DNA of 38,161 bases, from positions 310,001 through 348,161 of the forward strand of contig JAWMAR010001182.1 in assembly GCA_036785375.1 (NCBI GenBank), given 5' to 3'. The stretch is from Leucoraja ocellata. Taxonomy: Eukaryota. The notes below the pieces were generated by a model, which worked only from the letters and a program-made list of their open reading frames with translations, had not been told where the DNA came from and searched no databases. The position numbers and the translations under genes are program-made. Shown here piece after piece: positions 21,798 to 36,027 of the stretch (position 1 is its first letter; each line of letters opens with the position of its first letter).

Positions 21798-21973
21798 CTG
21801 CGGAAAATAACAGGGGAATAGTTATTGTTTTAACATTGACTGTTGGTGACTGTGACACAGACATAAACTAGTTACCGTCTCCGGTAGTTCATCACATTTT
21901 TGCAAAATGTATGGAAACGTTATTTATGGATCCTTTAATTGTTCCCTCGACGAGTGGAGATTTAATTTCCTTT

Positions 21974-22969
21974 AGGTTAGTTTGCTTTAGTATAGTTTGG
22001 TTTAGTTTACATTAGTTCAGTTTAGTTCAGTTTAATTTAGTTTAGGAACACAGCGCGGAAACGGGCCATTCGGCCCACCAAGTCCGCGCCGCCCTGCAAT
22101 CCCCGCACATTAACACTATCCTACACACACGATGGAATATTTACATTTATAGAGCGCCAATAACCCTTCTAAACTGTCCGTATTTGGAGTGTGGGAAGAT
22201 ACACTAGATTATAGGACCAGGGAGGTTCTACTGCAGTTGTACAGGGTCTTGGTGAGACCACACCTGGAGCATTGCGTACAGTTTTGGTCTCCTAATCTGA
22301 GGACAGACATTCTTGCCCTAGATGGAGTACAGAGAAGGTTCACCAGACTAATTCCTGTGATGTCAGGACATTCATATGAAGAAAGACTGGATAGACTCGG
22401 TTTGTACTCGCTAGAATTTACAAGATTGAGGGGGGGTCTTATAGAAACTTACAACATTCCTAAGGGGTAGGACAGGCTAGATGCAGGAAGATTGTTCCCG
22501 ATGTTGGGGAAGTCCAGAACAAGGGTTCAGAGTTTAAGGATAAAGGGGAAATCTTTTAGGACCGAGATGAAGAAAACTTTTTTCACAGAGAGAGTGGTGA
22601 ATCTCTGGAATTCTCTCCCGCAGACGGTAGTTGCGGCCAGTTCATTGGCTATATTTAAGAGGGAGTTAGATGTGGCCCTTGTGGCTAAAGGGATCAGGTG
22701 GTATTGAGAGAAGGCAGGTACAGGATACTGAGTTGGATGATCAGCCATAATCATATTGAATGGCGGTGCATGCTCGAAGGGCCGAATAGCCTACTCCTGC
22801 ACCTGTCTTCTATGTTTCTATGTTTTTATCCCGGAGAAAATCCACACAGATTATGTGGTGAACATACAAACTCCGTACCAACAACACCCGGAGTCGGGAT
22901 CGAACTCGGGTCTCTGGTGCTAAACGCGCTGTTAGGCAGCACCTCTACCGTTACCGTTGCGCCACCGTG
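21974..22969 (-). mobile_element. SINE with nested plus-strand CR1 3' fragment (~22205-22825); unit B counterpart of 4825-5806
   Basis: Same structure as in unit A. Confidence 0.75.
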
Positions 22970-24339
22970 GAGAAAATCACTGACGAATATCCCCGAGGTC
23001 AAACTCTGATTATGAAAGTGAAATTGGAAATATTCCAGGCTGTGGGAACAGTCAAAGCGAGCACGGGATAATAGTGGAGCTGATTCAGTGAGTCGGGATC
23101 CGGTGATTGAGACAAATTACTTTTGTCCGTACTCCAAAGTTTTGCAATTGGTGCTTGGCGTTAAAACAATAGAACTAGTCATTCTCCCCACAACTTGACT
23201 GAAGTGTATCCCTTCCTGGATATAGTCAATGTTCAACAGTGGTGTGTTGGCATTTAAGGCATAAGGTCATAAGGTCATAAGGTCATGTGAAAGGAGTATG
23301 ATTAGGCCATTCGGCCCATCAGACCCACTCTGCCATTCAATAATGGCTGACCTATGTCACCCTCCGAACCCCATTCTCCGCAATGTCAAAACCTCTGACT
23401 CCTCGAATAATCAAAAATCTATCTATCGCTGCCTTATTTTCCCCTGAATTCGCCTCCACAGCCTTCTGTGTTCAACAACTGGAAGGTCACCTTTTAAGTG
23501 GAATTTACACAACCCGGGATAAATGCTTTGCCCTTTATGTATCAAGAGTTGGGGGTTTTTCTTCACTGGGCCACGTCCTTCTACATTTTATTTTAATTTA
23601 ATTGAAGAACAGTTTTGGTTTTCAATCTTGGTCGCCCGCTGTTTGCTGCTTGCGGTACATATCCCCCCCCCCCCCCCCCCTCCAGAGAACCGTTTCAACA
23701 GGTCTGCCAGCTGTCGTTTGATTTCAGTTAGTGGAATGTTTACAGAGGGTTCAGCTTCACTCACAGCCCATCTACTCTCCCGCCAACCTCCCTCTGTTTC
23801 CTGGAGTAAGAAATAGATTGTTTCCCAGGCTTTCTCTCACAGCGGGCGTGGATCAATCCCATAGATTATATGGGATACATTCATAAGCCAGTTGTAATGA
23901 TAAGGCGGTTAGCATGACTTCAATAGTTTGTAAGATTTTTGAAACGATTATTAAAAATGCGGTTCTGTGCTATCTGGAAGCACATGATAAAATTTGCAAG
24001 TCAGCGAAAACTAGTCGGGGGGGGGGGTTCTTGCCCCTGTTTAAATTGTTTGTGATAGCAACAAGCAGGATGGACAAAGGCAAGTCAGAAATGCAGCTTT
24101 CTTGGTGCCGGACGCGAAGCGGATAATTAAAGTTGGAGCATTGGTGTTAGAGATGAGGTTTCAGCCTGGACAGAGGATAGGCTTCCGTTGCAGGGCAAAA
24201 CATTGGAATACAAGTGATCTTTTCCGCTTGCTGCCTTTGACTAATGGATCAATGTCGGGCTCACTACTTTCCCCGTTGTATGTTTTCGATCTGGATGATG
24301 GACGATCAACCGTACGATCAACCCATTCCTCTTATAATG

Positions 24340-24550
24340 TCTATATATATATAATCTTATTTATATAGCACATTTTCAGTCAACTTGCATTGACCGCAAA
24401 GTGCTTCACATAATTACATTACATTACACACAGGCAAAGGTGGGTGAAGTGTCTTGCCCCAAGGACACAACGACAGTATGCACTCCAAGCGGGATTCGAA
24501 CCGGCTGCCTTCCGGTGGCCAGCCGAACACTTAGCCCATTGTGCCATCTG
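24340..24550 (-). mobile_element. tRNA-derived SINE with L2-like tail
   Basis: Minus strand has A-box TGGCACAATGG, B-box GGTTCGAATCC and tail aagcactttg...tgctatataaat. Confidence 0.7.
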
Positions 24551-25106
24551 TCGTCCCTGTCTGATACAAAAACTACTCAATAATCTAATGGCCACAATCC
24601 TAGAGCGACAACAACAAAACAAACAAATCCTTTATGAACACTAAGGGCTGCAGTAACTTGTAGAGCAAGAGGGTGAATTCGCAGAGTATGTTGGAACAAG
24701 CCGGCGGTTCGGTGGTAGCATTAACTCCGCGGGTCAGGCAGCATTTCAGGAGAACATTGATAGCCGACATTTGGAATCTAGACATCAGTAACCGATTTCA
24801 GCGTCCGCATTTACTTGTGTCTGCCTAGAAATCCATAGTTGTGGTTAGCGCGATGTGGTGTTCCCGATCCTGATGGTTTTGGGGAAGTAGCTATTCTTCA
24901 ACCTGATTCACGTTGTGCTCCCGGGGAGCCCGACATATCCTCTCATTGGACTCACGTGTACCGTAACATCTGGAGCAAGTTGCCGGAACCCTTTATAAAT
25001 AGAATCTGTTTCAATTGGAAAGCAATTGATGCCTCATGATCCAATGTTAAAGGGAACTGAATATTTCCAAGAACAACCGTGGATTAGAGAGGTTTAGGGT
25101 ACTTAC

Positions 25107-25164
25107 CGGCTGTGACAGTCACCATCGTCCCCGTCCCATCCTGATAGTAAGTGTCCCAATAGTC
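25107..25164 (-). CDS. NAR-TCR J segment, cassette 2
   Basis: DYWDTYYQDGTGTMVTVTA plus G|gtaagt. Confidence 0.9.
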
Positions 25165-25203
25165 CACAGTGCCCCGTCTCTCGATGCTCGCCGTACAAGA
25201 ACA
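25165..25203 (-). other. 23-RSS of J segment 2
   Basis: Plus strand CACAGTG(25165-25171)-23-ACAAGAACA(25195-25203). Confidence 0.87.
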
Positions 25204-25514
25204 GTTCTCACCGCAATTTGCCCGGCAACCATCAGAATCGCTGCCCAATTATTCCAGGAGTTTCAGACCAACCAGTAACTGTCCTTGCTCCCCAATCCTC
25301 GGTGGGTCGACCGGTTCCCGCTAAGAAACAGAGCTAAGAGCAGAGTGATCTCCAACACGCAGGCCGGTGTGTTTCGACAAACAGGGAACCAATTATTAAG
25401 GAATGTTAATAGAATGTGGTAATCCCTGTGTAATTTATCTGGACTACAGAGTCACGAACAATAATCGTTATATTTTGGTTCCGGAACCCAAGAATATATA
25501 TCTTGAATGGGGTG

Positions 25515-25585
25515 AGTTTTTACTCGACTCTCCTACACTGTGGATATCCAGCTGCCACACGTTGTTACACGTCACTTTCAAATCC
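25515..25585 (-). other. NAR-TCR D segment 2 (core 25543-25557, TGGCAGCTGGATATC) flanked by two 12-RSS
   Basis: CACAGTG(25542-25536)-12-GTAAAAACT and CACGTTG(25558-25564)-12-TTCAAATCC. The core is open in three frames (WQLDI / GSWI / AAGY). Confidence 0.82.
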
Positions 25586-25910
25586 CCAGGCGCCCGGCGA
25601 GACGGGCGGGCAGGAGATTAACGTTCAGCGAATGCATTTTTCAGATTGAAGTTTGTGTAACTGGATCCCGTCTGGAGTTGTGCATCCGAAGAGTGGTCAG
25701 TCATTCTCGATGGCAGTTCGTTTACACCATTTTCGGTACAGGGGGCATTATCCAGCCGCACTCGCCAAATAGAGAAACCCCATTGTTTGAATCGCACGCA
25801 TTTCATCCGGTACAACCCAGAATGCAGGGCAGGCGGGACAAAGCTGGCCCGTGGGTTTACCCGATGGATTTACATCGTATCTTCACGTTGCTACTAGAAT
25901 CTGCCGTCAG

Positions 25911-25948
25911 GGTTTTTGTATTGCTGGAACCGCAGGCCCATCACTGTG
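25911..25948 (-). other. RSS (22-bp spacer) of NAR V 2
   Basis: CACAGTG(25948-25942)-22-ACAAAAACC(25919-25911). Confidence 0.95.
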
Positions 25949-26241
25949 TATGCTCCACCTGTACTCAGCTTGACAGTAATATGTGGCCATGTCCTCAACT
26001 CTCAAACCAAGAATTTTCAACGTAAATGTCTTTTCCGCTTTATTGGTTGACACAACAAACCGTCCACCTGTTGTGATCCGCTGCCGTTTAGCACCGGGTT
26101 GTGCTTGCTTGAAGAAATGTCCTACATTAAATTTGTAGTAACCCCGGGAACCTTTTTGGAAATGGCAGGTGATGGTGACGGACTCACACTCTTTTCCAGT
26201 CACCGCATTCGGGCTCTGGGTCACTGACTGACTGACGGAAT
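25949..26241 (-). CDS. NAR-TCR (IgNAR-like) variable gene segment, cassette 2
   Basis: SVTQSPNAVTGKECESVTITCHFQKGSRGYYKFNVGHFFKQ...NKAEKTFTLKILGLRVEDMATYYCQAEYRWSI. The frame is open and the acceptor and RSS are intact. Confidence 0.9.
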
Positions 26242-26395
26242 CTGTAGATGAAACACAGGGAGAGGTGAGTGGGAATTCCAGGCGAACCACGGCAGAAGGA
26301 TACATCGCGGATAGTGTTTGAAATTCAGGTCGGAGTGGACTCGAGTTGTTTCATGTTAAACCCGCACTGTGTGGGAGTAGGGGACCGGTACTCAC

Positions 26396-26438
26396 GGCGT
26401 AAGCAGAGTGACAGCACAAAAAACAGGAGGGTTCCCAT
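26396..26438 (-). CDS. NAR-TCR V leader exon, cassette 2
   Basis: MGTLLFFVLSLCLR plus C|gtgagt, 43 nt, phase 1. Confidence 0.87.
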
Positions 26439-28529
26439 CGCGCCTTCTCAGGGAATAAATAGTTTGCGTGACGAGAGGCTGGAAACCAGGTCGCCAGACA
26501 GATCCTGCAGTCTATCCCGGAGAACCGAGCGGTGACCTCAGGCTGGGCTGTTCGTTTCGGTGCGGGCGGTGTTCTGGGAATTTTTGAAAATCGATGTGCG
26601 AGGAGAGGAAGAGTTTGAGAAGAGGATCGTTACATCTGCTGATTTGTTTGGTGGCCCGGAATCGGATGTGAAACATCTGATATGGCCCTGACGTTTCTCT
26701 GACGTTCAGTGGACCATCTGAACCATTCAGGCAGCTGAACATATGGGGGCAGTAGATAGGGTGAACGCACAGTCCCCTCTACAATCGGTATACGTGACAA
26801 ATAAACTAAACTGAACGGGTGGCGGAGGTGTTTTGTCAGCAGAGGCAGCCGCTCCCCTGTGAAACTCCGCAATAATGCAGGAAGGCCAGTGCAAGACCTG
26901 TTTGTTTGTTTGTTTGATGAGAGGCTGGACGGCCGAAGGTAGTGGGAATTGCTGCACCGCGGCTTATAAGATCGATGAAAGGTCAATGCGAGACCACAGT
27001 CGGGCTGGGTACCGGTATCCCTCCGAATGTCAATGAGCCAGTGAAAGGGAACACACAGATTGCAAATAATGCAGTCACCTGCAGGGATGGAGAAAACACA
27101 GAAACATGGAAAATACGTGTAGGTGTAAATCATTCTCCCTTTGACCCAAGATTCAGAATGATCTTGGCATGTGGGCACAGGAGGTGGGGTAGCTCTGTTG
27201 ATGAGGGATGGGATGCATCCCTTTCATGTCAAGTCAAGTCAAGTCAAGTCACATTTATTTATATAGCACATTTAAAAAACAACTCTCGTTGGCCAAAGTG
27301 CTTTACATGTGTTATAAGAATAGTATAGACATACAAACTACATACATATATACATGTAGCACTCGCTCAGTGGACGTCAGGAAAGGCTTGGGAGTTTAGA
27401 TAAGATTTTAGTCTTGACTTAAAGGAGTCGATGGAGGGGGCAGTTCTGATGGGAAGGGGGATGCTGTTCCACAGTCTAGGAGCTGCAACCGCAAAGGCGC
27501 GGTCGCCCCTAAGCTAATGCCTAGACCAGGGGATATTCAGCAGCCCCAAGTCGGTCGATCTGAGGGGCCTGGAGGTGTAGTGGTGGATGAGAAGACTTTT
27601 AATGTAGGAGAGGGCAAGCCCATCGAGGGCTTTGTAGACATAGAGGAGGGTCTTGAAATGCATGTGGGAGCCAGTGGAGAGAGGCTAGGATCGGGGTGAT
27701 GTGGTCCCCTTTTCGGGTGCCCGTCAGGAGTCTCGCTGCGGCGTTTTGGACCAGTTGCAGGCGGGACAGGGAAGATTGGCTGATGCAACGGTTGACAGAG
27801 CCACGGCCGATGTAAATTCGCTGTGGGTAGAATTGAGGAATTGAAAAGGTAAGTCGGCAAGGGGAGTTATCTGCAGGCGCCGAAACAGTTGCTTGGATAT
27901 AGGATGCATGCTGCAGCAGGAGTTAAAATTGAGATGTAACAAATGTAATGCCACTGTTGTTACGGAAGATTTCAAAAATGCTGGTAGACTGGGAAAATCA
28001 GATTGATTCTGGAACCCAAGAAAGGCAGTTTGAGATGTCTCCGAGATGGATTAGGGAAATCCTGATCGACTAATCTTCTGGAATGTTTTGAGAATGTGAC
28101 AAGTAGAATTGACGAAGGAGGTCCCTGTCATAAATGGCAGGCAGTGGCGAGTGGAGTGCCGTAAGGTTCGGTGCAGGGGCCACAACTATTCACAATATAT
28201 ATTAACGATTTAGATGATGGAATTCAAAGGAACACGTACACATTTGCAGATTACACCAAGCTGGGTGGCATTGTGAACTGCGAAGAGGAGGCTAGGTAGT
28301 TGCAGGGTGACCTGGACAGGTTGATTGAGTGGGCAGATTCATGGCAGATGCGGTATAATGTCGGTCAATGTGAGGTTATGCACTTTGACGGCAAGAACGT
28401 GGAAGCAGATTACTGTCACAATGGTGTCAGATTGGGTAATAGGGATGTGCAACGAGACCTGGGTGTCCTTGTACACCAGTCACTGAAAGTAAACATTCAG
28501 GTACAGCAGGAAGTGAAGAAAGCTAAGTT

Positions 28530-29908
28530 ATAACCATATAACCATATAACAATTACAGCACGTAAACAGGCCATCTCGGCCCTACAAGTCCGTGCCTAAC
28601 ATTTTTTTCCCCTTAGTCCCACCTGCCTGCACTCATACCATAACCTCCATTCCCTTCTCATCCATATGCCTATCCAATTTGTTTTTAAATTATACCAATG
28701 AACCTGCCTCCACCACTTCCACTGGAAGCTCATTCCACACCGCTACCACTCTCTGAGTAAAGAAGTTCCCCCTCATATTACCCCTAAACTTCTGTCCCTT
28801 AATTCTGAAGTCATGTCCTCTTGTTTGAATCTTCCCTATTCTCAAAGGGAAAAGCTTGTCCACATCAACTCTGTCTATCCCTATCATCATTTTAAAGACC
28901 TCTATCAAGTCCCCCCTTAACCTTCTGCGCTCCAGAGAATAAAGACCTAACTTATTCAACCTATCTCTGTAACTTAGTTGTTGAAACCCAGGCAACATTC
29001 TAGTAAATCTCCTCTGTACTCTCTCTATTTTGTTGACATCCTTCCTATAATTGGGCGACCAAAATTGTACACCATACTCCAGATTTGGTCTCACCAATGC
29101 ATTGTACAATTTTAACATTACATCCCAGCTTCTATACTCAATGCTCTGATTTATAAAGGCTAGCATACCAAAAGCTTTCTTTACCACCCTATCTAAATGA
29201 GATTCCACCTTCAAGGAACTATGCACGGTTATACCCAGATCCCTCTGTTCAACTGTATTCTTCAATTCCCTACCATTTACCATGTACGTCCTATTTTGAT
29301 TTGTCCTGCCAAGGTGTAGCACCTCACATTTATCAGCATTAAACTCCATCTGCCATCTTTCAGCCCATTTTTCCAAATGGCCTAAATCACTCTGTAGACT
29401 TTGGAAATCCTCTTCATTATCCACAACACCCCCTATCTTGGTATCATCTGCATACTTACTAATCCAATTTACCACACCTTCATCCAGATCATTGATGTAC
29501 ATGACAAACAACAAAGGACCCAACACAGATCCCTGAGGCACCCCACTAGTCACCTGCCTCTAACCCGATAACAGCCATCCACCATTACTCTCTGGCTTCT
29601 CCCATTCAGCCAGTTGAATCCATATTGCTATTCCTGCATTTATACCCAACAGTTGAACCTTCTTAACCAACCTTCCATGAGGAACCTTGTCATAGGCCTA
29701 ACTAATGTCCATATAGACAACATCCACTGCCTTACCCTCGTCAATTTCCCTAGTAACCTCTTCAAAAAATTCAAGAAGATTAGTCAAACATGACCTTCCA
29801 AGCACAAATCCATGTTGACTGTTCCTAATCAGACCCTGTATATCTAGATGCTTATATATATTATATATATTATCTATAAGTATGTTTTCCATTAATTTGC
29901 CCACCACT
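28530..29908 (-). mobile_element. CR1 LINE 3' portion (RT), unit-B-specific insertion
   Basis: ORF 28690-29553 SGVPQGSVLGPLLF...KYADDTK...; (TAACCATA)n tail; empty site aagtt|ggccttcatt in unit A (~11380). Confidence 0.92.
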
Positions 29909-32136
29909 GGCCTTCATTACGAGAGGATTTGAGTAAAGGAAGGCAAGGCAACTTTATTTATATAACACATTTCATACACGAGGCAGACTCAAAGTGCTTC
30001 ACATAAAAAACATGTCATACAATAATACGAAATAATAAAATGAAATACAATAAAAGAATTAAAAGAAAATAAAATAAAAGTGCATTATAAAAAAGTGCAA
30101 AAGTTAAGTGCAATGTAGTTAAGATTTAGCTGAAAGCTAAAGTAAACATTAAATGTTTTCAGTCTTGTTTTAAAAGTGGTTAAAGTTGAGGCAAGTCTTA
30201 AATCTTCAGGAAGTTTATTCCAACTATTTGTTGCATAGTAACTAAATCCTGCTTTCCCATGTTTTGTATTTACTCTGGGAATCACTAACAGATTGGTCTC
30301 AGAATATCTTAGCGGTCTAGAAGGCTTATATAGTGGAAGCATGTCAGTGATACACTTTGGCCCTAATCCATGTAGTAATTTATAGGTGAGCAGCGGGATT
30401 TTGAAATCAATTATCTGACATACAGGGAGCCAATGTAAGGATTTAAGAATTGGTGTAATGTGTTCAAATGTTTTTGTCTTTGTTAGAACTCTAGCAACAG
30501 CGTTCTGAACAAGCAGTAGCTGCCTGACAGCTTTTTCGGAAGACCTGCAAGGAGACCCTTACAATAATCTAGCCTACTAGTAATAAAGGCATGTACAAGT
30601 TTTTCTAAGTCTTGAGCTGACATGAGTCCTCTTAGTCTTGCTACGTTTTTGAGGTGATAGTAAGCCGATTTTGTTACTGATTTGATGTGACTGTCGAAAT
30701 GTAAATCTGAATCCATAATAACCCCGAGATTTCTGGCATTGTTTGAAGTTTGTTTCTGGCTTTGTTTGAGTATACGAGTAGACTTCCTTCTGCGGTCGTA
30801 CAGGGCCTTGGTGAGACAACGTCTTGATGTGCAGTTTTGGTCTCCTAAATTGGGGAACGACACCCTTGCTATGGATGCAGTACAGCGAAGGTTCACCAGG
30901 TTAATCCCCGGTATGGCGGGGCTGTTATATGGGGAAAGATTGGAAAGACCTGGATTGTATTCACTGGAATTTAGAAGGACGAGAGGAGATCTTGCAGAAA
31001 CAGAAACAAGTATAAAAGGACTGGACAAGCTAGATGCAGGAACGATGTTCAAAATGCTGGCGGGGTCCAGAACCAGAATGCACAGAACTAAGAGTAAAGG
31101 GGAGATCATTTAAAACTGAGAGTTGTGAATTTGTGGAAATCTCTATCACAGAAGGCAATGGAGCCAATTCACTGGATGGAATTAAAAGAGAGCTAGATAG
31201 AGCTCTTGGGGCTGGGGGAATCAAGAGGAACGGGGAGAAGGCAGGCACGTGTTACTGATAGTGGATGAGCAGCCATGATCAATATGCATGGCGGTGCTGG
31301 CTCGAAGGGCCATATAACCATATAACAATTACAGCACGGAAACAGGCCATCTCGACCCTTCTAATCCGTGCCGAACCTGCGCTCAGACCATAACCCTCCA
31401 TTCCTTTCCCTCAACTGTGGCAGAGAATTCAACAGGTTCACCACTCTCTGTGTGAAAAATGTTTTTCTCATCTCGGTCCTAATAGAATTCCCCCTTATCA
31501 TTAAACGGTGACCCCTTGTTCTGGACCTCCCCAACATCGGGAACAATCTTCCTGCATCTAGCCTGTCCAACGCCTTAAGAATTTTGTAACTTTCTATAAG
31601 ATCCCCCCTCAATCTTCTAAATTGTTCCTATGTTTCTAAATGGCCGACCACTTATTCGTAAACTGGGACCTCTGTTTCTGGACTCTCTCAATATCCGGAA
31701 CATTTTTCCTGCATCTAGCCGGTCCAATATTCTTGCTCTTGTAGGAATGCAGCGTAGGTTCACGTGGTTAATTTCTAGATTGTCATATGCTGAGATAATG
31801 GTGCGGCTGGGTTTGTATAATCTGTAATTCAGAAGAATGAGAGGGGCTCTTATTGAAACATATAAGATTATTAAAGCTTTGGACACGCAAAAGGCATGAG
31901 TCATGTTCCCGAAGTTAGGGGAGTCCAGAACCAGGGGCCACAGTTTAAGAATAAGGTGAATCTGAGTAAAACAGTAGATGTTTGTTCAAAAGTGTGTAAG
32001 TAATGTCCACAGGGATGTAATCTAGTTGCCTGTTTTTCCCTTTCTCTACATTATAAATATGCCAGATATGTGTTGGTTTCGCTGACAACCGCTGAGCGGC
32101 AGCACAAGGAGTGATCGCCTGGACCGTCGCATTAAA

Positions 32137-34576
32137 ATGTATTATGTGAAGATCGCGGATATAGAAAATGTGTATTACCCGATTCTGGCAGTAATCGGTA
32201 TACCTGGTAGGTAATTGTCGGTACATCGCATGGAACTAACAAAGCCTGTTTTAAACGCGCAGAATATTAAAGGTTAAGAGAAAATACTGAATAACTAGCA
32301 GGCGTTAGGGCTGCACGGCGGCGCAGCGTTAGACAAACTGTCTTACAGCGGATGTCTGTGCGGAGTTGTACCTTGTCCCCGTAACCTTTTAGGTTTTCCA
32401 CCAGATCTTCGGTTACCTCCCGCGCTCCATAAAAGTAAAATAAATTGTCCCTGGTGTGTGTCGGCTCGTGTTAGTGTGCGCGATCCGCGCGGATTACGTT
32501 GGCTGTTTCCCTGTTTTCGCGCTGTATTCCTAAACTAAAATAAACTAAGCAATGTACATCTTAGGAGCGAGGAAGCGCGATGGTGTATGTGATGGATGCC
32601 GCTCATTGGCGTTGGCAGGAATGTAGTTTCGCGGCTTTTTACTGAAATCAATGCCGGTCGGTGAAGCGAAACTTCGTCCTCGCTGTGAGTGGCAGTTTCT
32701 GTTCCACTGTGCGTACTGTACTCGGCAGAACGAGAAATACACCCCGTCCAGTAATTTGACACTGCATTTTCTATATCGCTCTTAAATTCTCATAGGGATA
32801 ATTTCGCAGAGACAGGTTTGTAGGTCGTACGTACAATCTGTTCCACAAAATCGGACTACAGATAAAATAAACTACAAGTGCAGAAATCTTGCAGTGGAAC
32901 CAAATAACTGGTTAACTCAGACAGTCTTGCAGTATCTCTGGAGGACCGACGCAGTCGACGTATCGGGTTGGGATCATTGTTCCGATCAGAGTCTGAAGAA
33001 GGGGCTCGAGTTGATACGTCGCCTATCTATGTCCTCCAGAGATATTGCTTCCGCCACTGTTGTGTTATGTTGTTAGCCTTGTTTGTGAATGGTGTTTGTA
33101 ATTATATTTGCTGCGCTTCCCTGAAATCCTTTCATGTTGGAAAATTAAATCACATATTTGATATTGGGAAGATCCCCTCTTCATTCTGATTTAATAGACG
33201 GTAATTTGGATTGTTAATTCCATTTTTCAGAGACACTGACTGACCGGTTGAAAATATTGTATATTTTACATCAACGTTGGATGTTACATCAACATCAAGC
33301 AATTGGCATAATGATGTGAAGATTACTACATAAGGCAACCCCGGTAATTTTGGTAAACGGGATTTTATTCATGTGCAGACTAAATCCCTGATTTCTAAAA
33401 TCGGATTGCCTCTTATACCAATATTTTCATCTTTATGTAATTATTTTCTACATAAGGCAATGCCACTAATTTTGGTAATCAGGAATTTAATAAATATCTG
33501 ATTGAACATAGTTCTGTCAAACGTTTGACGGGTGACTGTCCCAAATATTGATTAATTAAATAAATAGTCTCTGCCACTGGCGACACAGGTTTAAATTACT
33601 CCGTCTGCTCCCATGCCACCAACCTATACACCACACAATTAATCAGTTTCTGTCTTCATTCTTTCCCAGTGAATCTGATGGCGATTGTGCTCCTGTCCCG
33701 TGGCAAGTGCGGCCTCTCCAAGTGCATCACTCGTTACATGGTAGCCATGGCGACCGCGGACCTCTCTGTGATTTTCTGTGAGGTGATATGTCACCGGATT
33801 GCTGATAATTATTGGTGGCATGCCTCCTTGTCCTACACTCCTGTGTGTAAAATAACAATCTATCTGGCATCAGTCACGGTGGATTGTTCTGTATGGTTCA
33901 CAGTCGCGTTCACATTTGATCGCTTTGTTGCGATTTCTACTAAGAATATGAAGGCCAAATATTGCACCGAGAGAACCGCGTCGATTGTTATTCTGACAGT
34001 GACCCCGTTCGTCTGCCTTCTGAATACACCTTTGCCCTTCGCATACGTTTCTAATTCCCCAACTGAACTGAATCTGGGCTGCGGCAAAGACGTTTTTTTT
34101 ATATGCTTCCCGAATGGATGGTGTTCTCTTGGATCGAACAGTTGTTCACCCCGGTGATTCCATTCTGCCTGATTTTGTTGTTTAACGCGCTCACCATCAG
34201 ACGTATTTCCGTGGCAAGTCGGGTCCGCAGGAGCCTCCGAGATCTCAGCGGTGGCGAGAAAAAGAAAGACAAGGAGATGGTGAACCGCAGACGCTCGGTC
34301 GTTTTACTTCTGGCAATCTCGAGCTCCTTCATCCTGCTCTGGGCCACAAGTGTCGCACATTTTATTGTGCTTCGATGTTTTAATTTGCCCTTACGCAGGT
34401 CCTGGACAAACCCCCTGTTCAAATTTGAAAAGGTTGGATTTATGTTTCAGCTCCTGAGCTCCTGCACCAACACGGCCATTTACACCGTGACACAGCGCAA
34501 GTTCAGAGATGAGTTGGTCCGTGTGCTAACATATCCATTCAGTTGCTCTAAAAATATAGGGCAATTGGTAAAGTGA
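32137..34576 (+). pseudogene. GPR139/GPR142-like GPCR, copy 3 (exon 1 32137-32206, exon 2 33670-34576); 1-nt frameshift in a T run (possibly a sequencing error)
   Basis: Exon 1 is MYYVKIADIENVYYPILAVIGIP plus G|gtaggt. Exon 2 is nearly identical to copy 2, but T8 at 34093-34100 replaces T9, splitting it into ORFs 33669-34157 and 34103-34576. Confidence 0.75.
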
Positions 34577-35544
34577 TCATTAAAATACTATCACTACAAC
34601 ACGTGAGTGGTTTGATTATCGGATGTTTGTGAAAATACACACATTTAGTTTAAACATTAGTTTAAGAACGTTCTGCAGCTGCTGGAACAATGGAAGGTAG
34701 ACAAAATGCTGGAGAAACTCAGCGGGTGAGGCAGCATCGATGGAGCGAAGAAACAGGTGTTCCTTTGCTCCATCGATGCTACCTCGCCCGCTGAGTTTCT
34801 CCATCAATCTATTCCTTCGCTCCATAGATGGCGGGTCTGTCGGATGCTGAGAGAATGGAGCAGCTGGGCTTCCGACATCCGGTGCCCTCCGCTCTACTTC
34901 CTGGCGGAAGAAGGGTCCCGACCAGAAACATCATCCATCCCTTTTCTCCACCGAAGCCACATTACCCGCCGACGCACTGCAGCAGTTTGTCCCATTCTCC
35001 GGTGTAAACCAGCATCTTCTGTTCCTTTCTCCACCACCTCTTATGGCTGCACCTTCCATAAACCTAATTAATGTTTCTGCACTCAGTGGCAGCGGACATC
35101 CAATTAATGTTCAGGGAATTGTAACTGGGGACGAAAAACAAGTTGGCAAAACAATTTGTACCTACATTTCCCGCCGTAGTTTACAAACTGCACAGGTTCC
35201 ATTTGTTTAAGAAAGAACTGCAGATGCTGGATAAATCGAAGTTTAACAAAAAATGCTGGAGAATCTCAGCGGGTGAGGCATCAACTATGGAGCGAATGAA
35301 CAGGTTACGTTTCGGGTTGAGACCCTTCTTCAGGCTGATGTTGGGGTGGGGGGCGGGGGGGGGGAGGGGGGCTTCGCACCACAGATGCTGCCTCACCCGC
35401 TGTGTTTCTCCAGCATTTTTGTCACCCTTCCATTTATCCAGCATCTGCAGTTCTTTCTTAATCAAATGAAACCTGTGCGTGTTCCTCGTTGATGAATGGT
35501 AGAAGAATGGTAGACATCTGCATTATAAAATGTTCAGCAGAGCT

Positions 35545-36027
35545 GTCACCTCCTGAAGTAGGCACGCCTGCACGCTTATGGCGGACACGTTAATGAAATG
35601 AAACGGCATGTCAGCCACGCTCACGGCCAGATAGAGCGAACGGCCTGGCACAATTTCCTGCACCTTCAGGATCACTGGCTGGGAAGTCAGGGGCAACAGG
35701 AAGGCCACCCCACTCGAATTTGCGCTGTGGTGGCTCTTCCCATTTCATGAGACAGGAGGTTTCATCACTGACAACAGTATGCGCCTCTTGCAGAAAACGT
35801 ACCAATATATCCCCTCTTTGATGACTGATAGATGATGACATCTGCGAAGGTCCCGCCTCCGCCATTAATGGTTAGGCTATCAACTGCGATCTTCATGTTG
35901 AAGTCATACTAAGGGTTTTCCCTCACACTCTCGTAGGAGTGGGTCTCCTCACTCATAGGCGCTTCGCAAGGTCCCCAAACTGACGCGTCTCAGACTCGGG
36001 AAGGCCACTTACTTTACTGCGAAGGAT
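35545..36027 (-). mobile_element. Tx1-like LINE fragment (resumes at 37770-38161)
   Basis: Same sequence as the copies in units A and B. Confidence 0.6.

Larger units (their letters stand above)
14941..33463. repeat. Tandem segmental duplication unit B
   Basis: Same order of genes and repeats as unit A, lengthened by insertions at ~17505-20787 and ~28530-29908. Confidence 0.9.

Noticed and set aside
24490-24550. tRNA gene candidate (also 5720-5806)
   Set aside because: A and B boxes are present, but the sequence continues into a SINE body and tail, and no convincing cloverleaf is visible.
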